Shown here: in pieces, positions 57,220-64,000 of the stretch
How the letters are laid out: every line of letters begins with the position of its first letter
How positions within the stretch are numbered: position 1 is the stretch's first letter
Origin: an uncultured Porphyromonadaceae bacterium
Lineage (GTDB): Bacteria; Bacteroidota; Bacteroidia; Bacteroidales; Muribaculaceae
DNA: 64,000 bases
NCBI GenBank assembly: GCA_947175605.1
Contig: CAMWNH010000002.1
Coordinates: forward strand, 17,754 to 81,753
Reading direction: 5' to 3'
The notes under the pieces: model-generated
Database searches by the model: none
What the model was told of the DNA's origin: nothing
What the model saw: only the letters and a program-made list of their open reading frames with translations
Made by a program: the position numbers and the translations under genes

Positions 57220-59430
57220 ATGAGAAAGTTTTACACACTCTTCACACTGATACTTGTGGCCATGCTGTCGTTTACGTCGCAGGCCAAGAGTTTCAAGATA
57301 ACGTTAGATTTGCCGGAGGGCGTATCCTCTGAAAACATGGCATATGTGATAAATACGTCCACTTACACATATTCGTATTTCACGGATGGTGTGTGCTCGA
57401 TAAATGCCGATGACTCGAGCACGCTCGACATCAATCCGATGTCGGATTTCTATTTGTTCGCGAGCCTCACGGATTCCGCTACGGGTCGCGAGATCGCCCC
57501 TTACACGAGCTATCCTACGAACAACATCACGTTCAGCGCTTCGAATGTCGACAACGGTGCCAACCTGATACTGAAGGTCGAGGAGAAGCAGACGGCTAAG
57601 ATGACCGTGCTGTGTGATAATATTGATGCAATCTCGGTGTCGTACAACTACAATACGTGCTATCCTTCCGACGGCAAATTCGTGTTCCCCCTGGTTAGTC
57701 AGTATGCATCGGTATCGATCAGGACCAACAGCCCGGATTATAAAATCAAGGAAGCTGTCGGATCTAACGGCACGACGTGGACTCCCGACTACTCGGGCAG
57801 CATCTCTATCTATTGTGGCTCGATTGTTTCGGACATTACCGTAACCGTGCATCTGACAAGCCTGCTCGAAAGCCGCACAGCGAGCATGACCGTGAATGTG
57901 GATGGCAGCCCCTATGTCGTGAAGCTGACCAGAGGTTACGAGGAAATTCCTCTCTCGGAGGCTTCGACGGTTGTACGCTTCGATCCTGAGACTGAATCGG
58001 AATATTGCGTGGAGCATACGGCGTACAACAACTACATCTATTCCGTTTCGCTGGATGGAAATCCCGTCAGCCGCAGCGGCAACTATTTCTACTTCAATGC
58101 CGTCGACGGTTCGGTTGTGGACATCGTGACGGACTTCCCCGATGAGACGGCTCCAGTGAGCTTCGTTTTAGGCGAGGGCGTGGGTAAGGATATTATCAAC
58201 AGTATAACTATCAACAACCAATATCTTCAGGACTGGGAGCCGGAAAATATCCCTGTGAAGCTTGGCAGCTCGATGATGATCAGTTTCAATAATTCCAAGT
58301 ATGACAATATCGATGTCAAGTTGGGTTCTGAATCCATCTATCTGAATTCGTACGCTCCCTTCTACGAACTCCTCGTGCTGGACAAGGAGCCGAAGGTATT
58401 CACGGTGAACGCATCCAAGCCCCAGCCCTATTTGGTGACACTCATCACGGATTGTCCCGAGGGCCTGAGAGTCTACAACGGATACGGCTACAACGAGGAT
58501 GAACGCATAGAGCTCACCGGCGAGGAAACAGTGTTCGAGATTCCCTCGACCTACAATTATCTTACCGTAAAGGCTGCGGACGGATATGTGCTCGATGAGC
58601 TCGTGGACGACAACGGCAATCAGCTCAGCACCTCGTATTCCAACACGATCACCCGTGATATGACTATCTTTGCAAGTGTTACGGAACTCAAGCGCGAAAA
58701 GACGCTGACGCTTTATGTTCAGCCCGACAACAGCGACGGCCGCTGGTCGTACTGCAGTTTCACGCTCTCGAACAACAACTACGACATCCGCATGATGTAT
58801 TCCAACCAGCAGAGCCCGTATCTGTCGGAAGGATACAACTTCATCAAGTTCGCGGACTTCGATCTGCCCTTCTGCCTCGGCGGCTATCCTTCACTGTATG
58901 CCTACCATAACGATCAGGCCATAACGCTTAGCGGCGGCGCCATGAGCGAGGACACGGAAATCAACGACGGAGATGTTATCAAGATGTTCCACACGGAGCC
59001 TTCGAGCTACAACGTTACTTACGATATCGCCGACGACGTGAACGTGACTATCCATCACGACCACAGCATGCGCATCGAGAATCCCATGGCTCACACGGTG
59101 CTTCACGGCACGGAAGTTGTCATCGAGCCCGTGGCTGAGGAAAGCCCCGTGGCACGCGTATCGTCGGAGAGCCGCTCCACGATCGTTGTAAAGGACGGTG
59201 ATCAGGAATGCAACCCCAACGCAGAGGGCAAATTCGTAATCGCCGTGACCAAGGATACCAACCTCAGCATCACCAAGAGCGACATCTCCGGCATCAATGC
59301 CGCTGAAGTTTCCGCAGAAGGCGATGCCGCAGTCTACAACCTGCAGGGTATCCGCGTGGGCAAAGCATCCGAACTGAACAAGCTGCCCAAGGGCACCTAC
59401 ATCAGCGGCGGCCTCAAGGTGCGCAACTGA
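57220..59430 (+). CDS. T9SS-secreted multi-domain protein of unknown function
   Basis: Sec signal (SQA), S/T/Y/N/D-rich beta-strand repeats, and a CTD: SGI...AVYNLQGIRV...LPKGTYISGGLKV. Confidence 0.8.
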   Translation: MRKFYTLFTLILVAMLSFTSQAKSFKITLDLPEGVSSENMAYVINTSTYTYSYFTDGVCSINADDSSTLDINPMSDFYLFASLTDSATGREIAPYTSYPTNNITFSASNVDNGANLILKVEEKQTAKMTVLCDNIDAISVSYNYNTCYPSDGKFVFPLVSQYASVSIRTNSPDYKIKEAVGSNGTTWTPDYSGSISIYCGSIVSDITVTVHLTSLLESRTASMTVNVDGSPYVVKLTRGYEEIPLSEASTVVRFDPETESEYCVEHTAYNNYIYSVSLDGNPVSRSGNYFYFNAVDGSVVDIVTDFPDETAPVSFVLGEGVGKDIINSITINNQYLQDWEPENIPVKLGSSMMISFNNSKYDNIDVKLGSESIYLNSYAPFYELLVLDKEPKVFTVNASKPQPYLVTLITDCPEGLRVYNGYGYNEDERIELTGEETVFEIPSTYNYLTVKAADGYVLDELVDDNGNQLSTSYSNTITRDMTIFASVTELKREKTLTLYVQPDNSDGRWSYCSFTLSNNNYDIRMMYSNQQSPYLSEGYNFIKFADFDLPFCLGGYPSLYAYHNDQAITLSGGAMSEDTEINDGDVIKMFHTEPSSYNVTYDIADDVNVTIHHDHSMRIENPMAHTVLHGTEVVIEPVAEESPVARVSSESRSTIVVKDGDQECNPNAEGKFVIAVTKDTNLSITKSDISGINAAEVSAEGDAAVYNLQGIRVGKASELNKLPKGTYISGGLKVRN

Positions 59431-59440
59431 TAGCAATGAA

Positions 59441-59497
59441 ATGAAAGATCCGTTTTCCCCGGCGTGCCCAAGCCCGCGGGGAAAATGGGTTTTTCAT
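59441..59497 (+). other. 21-bp RNA stem-loop between two cargo genes
   Basis: ATGAAAGATCCGTTTTCCCCG pairs with CGGGGAAAATGGGTTTTTCAT; all three non-Watson-Crick positions are G-U. Confidence 0.6.
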
Positions 59498-59555
59498 ACT
59501 TCCAAAGTCTATTCCCATTCATAATAAACACAGCAACAATCGATTGTACGAGAAT

Positions 59556-61862
59556 ATGAAACGTATCATTCTCTTATCTCTCGCAGCGGGACTGGCGCTC
59601 GGTGCAGGAGCGCAGAACAAGCTCGATGCCGGCAGCCGCGCGCGGCTGCGCGCAGGAAACGCACCCGTCGAATTCATCAAGGACGGCAAGCACGGCGCAG
59701 CCAAGGCCCGTCAGCGCGCGCATGCAGCTGAAAAGAGCATCCGCGCTTTCGTCACCGTCGCCGATCCTGAAGCAGCAAAAGAGGCGCTGATGGCCGCGGG
59801 GGCGAACGTGACAGGCGGACGCGGCAATATGCTCATGGTCGAATTTCCGGAAACTGCGCTCGAAGCCATCGAGGCTATCCCGGAAGTAAAGAGCATCCGC
59901 ATGGAGCGCCCCGTGAGCGCCAAGCTGGACATAGCACGCGAAGTGAGCGGTATTGATAAAATCCACAGCGGCCTCGACCTGCCGCAGAGCTACACGGGCA
60001 AAGGTGTGGTTTGCGGCATCGTTGATGGCGGATTCGACCCGAATCACATCAATTTCCTTGACGAAAACGGCCGGACCCGCGTGGCGCAGATCACGAACTT
60101 CCGCGCGACTTCGAGCGGACAGGTATTCCAGGACATTTACACCGGCGACAAAATCGCCACTTTCGAAACTGACGATGCCGGCACTTTCCACGGCACGCAT
60201 ACTACCGGCATAATGGCCGGGGGGTATCGCGGCATGGCCAAGGTGGCATTTCCCACGAAAAACCATCTGGGAGAAATCAAGGAAACGGCCAACCCTTATT
60301 ACGGAGTGGCCTACGGCTCGGATATAGCCATGGCGGCCGGCTCGCTGTCGGATTATTTCATCGCTATGGGCATCGAGGATATACTCAACTACGCGTGGGA
60401 GGAACAGAAACCCTCGGTCATCAATCTCTCTCTGGGCTCGAACGTGGGTCCGCATGACGGCAGCAGCATCATCTGCCAATATCTCGACATGGCGTCGGAG
60501 ATGGACCGCGTGGTATTCTGCGTATCGGCCGGCAACGAAGGTGATCTGCCCATTGCTATGAACAAGACCTTAAGCGAGGAGTCGACCACACTGCAGACTC
60601 TGCTGGAGCCGACCACGGCAATGCCAAACTACCCCAATCTGCGCTACGCACAGGTGTATATCTACAGCAGCGACAGCCGTCCCTTTGAAGTGCAGGTCGT
60701 AGCCGTGAACATGAACCGCAACGGCAACACAGCCTGGCGCGGCTCGCTAAGCGGGGCCGAGGACGGCAACACGCAGAGCAAATACTGGGTGTCGAGCTCA
60801 TCCTATCAGGGCTCGGACGGCGATATTGTGGATCCGCAGTTCGGGAAGTGGTTCGAAGGCTATATCGGCATCGCTTCGGAACTGGACACCCAGAACAACC
60901 GCAGCTATGCCGTCGTAGACTGCATGTGCTGGGACAATCCGACCAATAACCCGGAGGGCCGTTATGTGATAGGTTTTCTCGTGAAAGGTGCACCCGGCCA
61001 GCGTATTGACGTGTTCTGCGACGGTGCGTTCAACAATCTCAGTAACTACGGACTTGCCAACTTCGAAAACGGAAGCACGGACGGAACAATATCCGACGTT
61101 GCCTGCGGACACAATTATGTGGTTGTGGGCTCGTACAATACACGCGACGAATGGGCAAGCATGGACGGCGGCATATACGGCTATCAGAACCTGTTCAAAT
61201 ACGGCGCGATCTCCGACTTCTCGAGCTATGGCACTCTCTACGACGGCCGCACGCTCCCGACGGTTGTAGCCCCCGGAGCAACCGTCATCTCCTCCAGTAA
61301 CGAATATTATCTTGACTACTACCGTGCCGGCGACGACGAACGCCAGGCCACCGTAGAATCCAACGGCCGCAAGTACAGCTGGCATCAGTGCGTGGGCACA
61401 TCCATGTCCACCCCACTGGTCACCGGCTCAATAGCCCTGTGGATGGAAGCCGATCCTACGCTCGACTACAAGGCCGTGCTCGACATCATCAAGAAAACCG
61501 CTGTGCGCGATGAGGCCGTCGAGAACCATGCAATCCCCGTACAGGCCGGTGCCGGCAAATTCGATGCATACGCAGGCCTCAAGGAGGTGCTGGCCCGCGC
61601 CGGTGCAGGTGTGGGCAACGTTATCGCCGACGCAGGCCGCAAGCCCGCCGTCACGGCCACGGGCCACCGCAGCTTTAAAGTGACTCTGGATGGAAGTGAA
61701 GACTTCACGGCCACGCTATTCAACGTATCCGGTACTGTTGCAGGCAAGTACCGTTCGGTCGACGGCGAGGCCCATATCGATGCCTCGGCCATGCAGCCCG
61801 GCGTATATCTGCTGCAGGTGGACGGCTCGGGAGCTCCCGCCGTGCGCGTGCTCGTAAAGTAA
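59556..61862 (+). CDS. S8 (subtilisin-like) serine protease with T9SS CTD
   Basis: Catalytic triad in GIVDGGFD, HGTHTTG and GTSMSTP; oxyanion-hole SAGNEG; type A CTD (LFNVSG...PGVYLLQV...VLVK). Confidence 0.92.
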   Translation: MKRIILLSLAAGLALGAGAQNKLDAGSRARLRAGNAPVEFIKDGKHGAAKARQRAHAAEKSIRAFVTVADPEAAKEALMAAGANVTGGRGNMLMVEFPETALEAIEAIPEVKSIRMERPVSAKLDIAREVSGIDKIHSGLDLPQSYTGKGVVCGIVDGGFDPNHINFLDENGRTRVAQITNFRATSSGQVFQDIYTGDKIATFETDDAGTFHGTHTTGIMAGGYRGMAKVAFPTKNHLGEIKETANPYYGVAYGSDIAMAAGSLSDYFIAMGIEDILNYAWEEQKPSVINLSLGSNVGPHDGSSIICQYLDMASEMDRVVFCVSAGNEGDLPIAMNKTLSEESTTLQTLLEPTTAMPNYPNLRYAQVYIYSSDSRPFEVQVVAVNMNRNGNTAWRGSLSGAEDGNTQSKYWVSSSSYQGSDGDIVDPQFGKWFEGYIGIASELDTQNNRSYAVVDCMCWDNPTNNPEGRYVIGFLVKGAPGQRIDVFCDGAFNNLSNYGLANFENGSTDGTISDVACGHNYVVVGSYNTRDEWASMDGGIYGYQNLFKYGAISDFSSYGTLYDGRTLPTVVAPGATVISSSNEYYLDYYRAGDDERQATVESNGRKYSWHQCVGTSMSTPLVTGSIALWMEADPTLDYKAVLDIIKKTAVRDEAVENHAIPVQAGAGKFDAYAGLKEVLARAGAGVGNVIADAGRKPAVTATGHRSFKVTLDGSEDFTATLFNVSGTVAGKYRSVDGEAHIDASAMQPGVYLLQVDGSGAPAVRVLVK

Positions 61863-61899
61863 GACAAATAAACATCAACCATAAACACAGCTCATTGCA

Positions 61900-64000
61900 A
61901 TGAATAAACTACTCGCATGCGTAGGCGCTATCGGACTGGCCTTGTTCGGCCCGTCCATGGCGGCCAACGCACAGTCAGCAGGAGAAGAGCCGATCATAGA
62001 GTTCCACACTAACCTCTATGACCTCAACGGCGATATGAATGCATTTCACTTTCTGATCGGAGCCAAGGTAGACACGTATATCGACGTAGACTGCGGCTTC
62101 GGACCTGTGGAAGTGGAAGTCGGACAGGCCGTTTTCAATACCGAGACCGGCAGCATCGACGCCACAACTGTGTCTTGTCAGGTGAATCAGGACGGCATCG
62201 TGCGTATATACGGCGATGCATCCCTGATCGACTATCTCGACTTCGAAGGGTGCTACATCTCCGAGTTCAAGTGGCCCAACATGACCGAGCTCCAGGTGCT
62301 GAACCTGTGTCACAACGAACTCGAGAGCCTCGACCTCAGCCACATGAAGAAGCTCGAAGCATTGTATCTCGACGATAATCCTATGTCGAAGAGCCCGCTC
62401 GTTGTCGGTTCCGACAAGCCTTATCTGGCCATACTGATGATGAATATGGTTGGCAATGTCGCCCCCTCATTCAACATCTCGGACTACCCCGATCTGCGCT
62501 CCTTCTCGGCATTCTCCACGCCCTCGATCACTACTCTCGATCCCACGGGCTGCCCCAAGCTGATCCAACTCTCGGCCGACGGCACGAGCATTTCGAGCAT
62601 CGACACCAGCAAGAACCCGAGCCTGATGATCCTGAACGTCTCGGACACCAAGGTCTCGGAACTCGACCTGAGCCATAATCCATACCTTACGGAGCTCTAC
62701 TGCTCGCACAACGGGGCTTACAACAACAACTACAAGATCAGTCAGCTCGACCTGAGCAAGCTGCCGAATCTCGTGCGCCTGTTCGTAGCCGGCAACAGCC
62801 TGCAGTCCGTAGACCTCAGCAAGCTCCCCTATCTGCAGACGTTCAGCGCAGCCCACAACGAGCTTAGCACGCTGAATATCGACTCCAATCCTGACCTTTT
62901 CGACCTGGACGTGGCATACAACAATATGAACTTCGTGACGCTCCCGGCCGATCGTTCCACATTCACATCCTACATCTACGTCCAGAATCCCTTCCCCCTG
63001 GAAAAGAAGTACGCCGTAGGCACAGAGCTTGACTTTTCCGATAAGGTGAACCGTCCGGAATCCACCACTCTGGCCGCCCTCTATATTTACAAAGAGGAGA
63101 ATCCCTCCAATCCCGAGATGCTCGACGATAGCCACTACAAGTGGAACAACGGCAAACTCACCCTCCTGACCGAACAGACCGACAGCGTGTTCGTGCGCTT
63201 CTCGAACTCCGCACTGCCCGAGTACGACATGACCACATCGAAATTCCTTGTAAAGAACGCCGCCGATTTAGACAAGCCCTCGGCCACGATGTCGCTCAAG
63301 TATAGCCCCACCGTGCGCAATTACAGCCTCTCCGTGGGTCTTGCCGGCGCCACTGAAGCCGCTCCCCGCAAATTCTATGTAGACTTCGGCAACGGCACGC
63401 TCCAGGAATTCACGGCCACGAGCAATCTTCTGCCCGCCACAGCCAACGTGAACGCATCGAAACCCACCGGCGGCAACAACACCATCACCATCTACATGCC
63501 CGAGGGCGAACAGCTGACGGCACTCGGCATCGACAATCAGCGCCTCATTTCCGTGGACACGCAAATGGCCCGCGCCATGCAGGTGCTCAGCATCACAAAC
63601 TGCGGACTCGGCACCATTGACCTTGCCTGGAACCGCTGCCTAAGCACCCTCAACCTCTCCGGCAACAACCTCTCCGAGATTGACCTTACCGAAGTCATCG
63701 GTTCGTACAACAAGAATATTCGCACCCTCAATCTCTCCAACAACAAGCTCACCGCCATCACCAATCCCAATCCCTATTCCCTCATCGACGTAGACTACTC
63801 GCACAACCTGCTTGAAAGTGTGATCACGGAGAAGATGAACGCCGTGAAGACATTGAACGTCAGCGGCAACAAGCTCTCAGAGATTGACCTCCGCGACCTC
63901 GAGGCCATCGAGACCCTCGATGTCTCCGGCAATATGCTCACATCCATCACCCTGCTCCCCTATCTGCCACTCAAGAGCCTTGACCTGAGCATGAACCGGA
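61900..64000 (+). CDS. Leucine-rich-repeat surface protein, truncated by the window end
   Basis: Manual translation from the ATG at 61900 is open to 64000: signal peptide MNKLLACVGAIGLALFG..., then many LxxLxLxxNxLxxLDL repeats (LQVLNLCHNELESLDL, LVRLFVAGNSLQSVDL, LNVSGNKLSEIDL). Confidence 0.88.
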   Translation, partial: MNKLLACVGAIGLALFGPSMAANAQSAGEEPIIEFHTNLYDLNGDMNAFHFLIGAKVDTYIDVDCGFGPVEVEVGQAVFNTETGSIDATTVSCQVNQDGIVRIYGDASLIDYLDFEGCYISEFKWPNMTELQVLNLCHNELESLDLSHMKKLEALYLDDNPMSKSPLVVGSDKPYLAILMMNMVGNVAPSFNISDYPDLRSFSAFSTPSITTLDPTGCPKLIQLSADGTSISSIDTSKNPSLMILNVSDTKVSELDLSHNPYLTELYCSHNGAYNNNYKISQLDLSKLPNLVRLFVAGNSLQSVDLSKLPYLQTFSAAHNELSTLNIDSNPDLFDLDVAYNNMNFVTLPADRSTFTSYIYVQNPFPLEKKYAVGTELDFSDKVNRPESTTLAALYIYKEENPSNPEMLDDSHYKWNNGKLTLLTEQTDSVFVRFSNSALPEYDMTTSKFLVKNAADLDKPSATMSLKYSPTVRNYSLSVGLAGATEAAPRKFYVDFGNGTLQEFTATSNLLPATANVNASKPTGGNNTITIYMPEGEQLTALGIDNQRLISVDTQMARAMQVLSITNCGLGTIDLAWNRCLSTLNLSGNNLSEIDLTEVIGSYNKNIRTLNLSNNKLTAITNPNPYSLIDVDYSHNLLESVITEKMNAVKTLNVSGNKLSEIDLRDLEAIETLDVSGNMLTSITLLPYLPLKSLDLSMNR

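Overview
Bacteroidales chromosomal window; gene content and promoter style suggest Muribaculaceae, which is an inference. It is mostly housekeeping genes: panCD, ffh, folD, recR, two queA paralogues, glnA, miaB, ruvA, spt, glyQS, ftsX-uppP-truB. The main feature is a cell-surface district. An unusually consolidated type IX secretion cluster (sprA/sov-porT-porP-porK-porL-porM-porN, 22.6-37.1 kb) is followed directly by a four-gene type V pilus locus: an OmpA-fused DUF3575-like barrel, a DUF5119-like lipoprotein, a fimbrillin, and a tip pilin with a C-type-lectin-like C-terminus. An orphan BtuG-like lipoprotein follows, and the right end holds a run of secreted proteins (a repeat-domain protein of unknown function, an S8 protease, and a truncated LRR protein). 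Smaller accessory items are a RhuM-Fic/Doc fusion, a stand-alone wza-wzc pair, an MNT antitoxin whose HEPN partner appears to be a remnant, an SDR beside serine palmitoyltransferase, and an uncharacterised ATP-grasp-like protein. I saw no rRNA, tRNA, CRISPR array, integrase, transposase or reverse transcriptase. All product calls come from motif recognition by eye, with no database searches.
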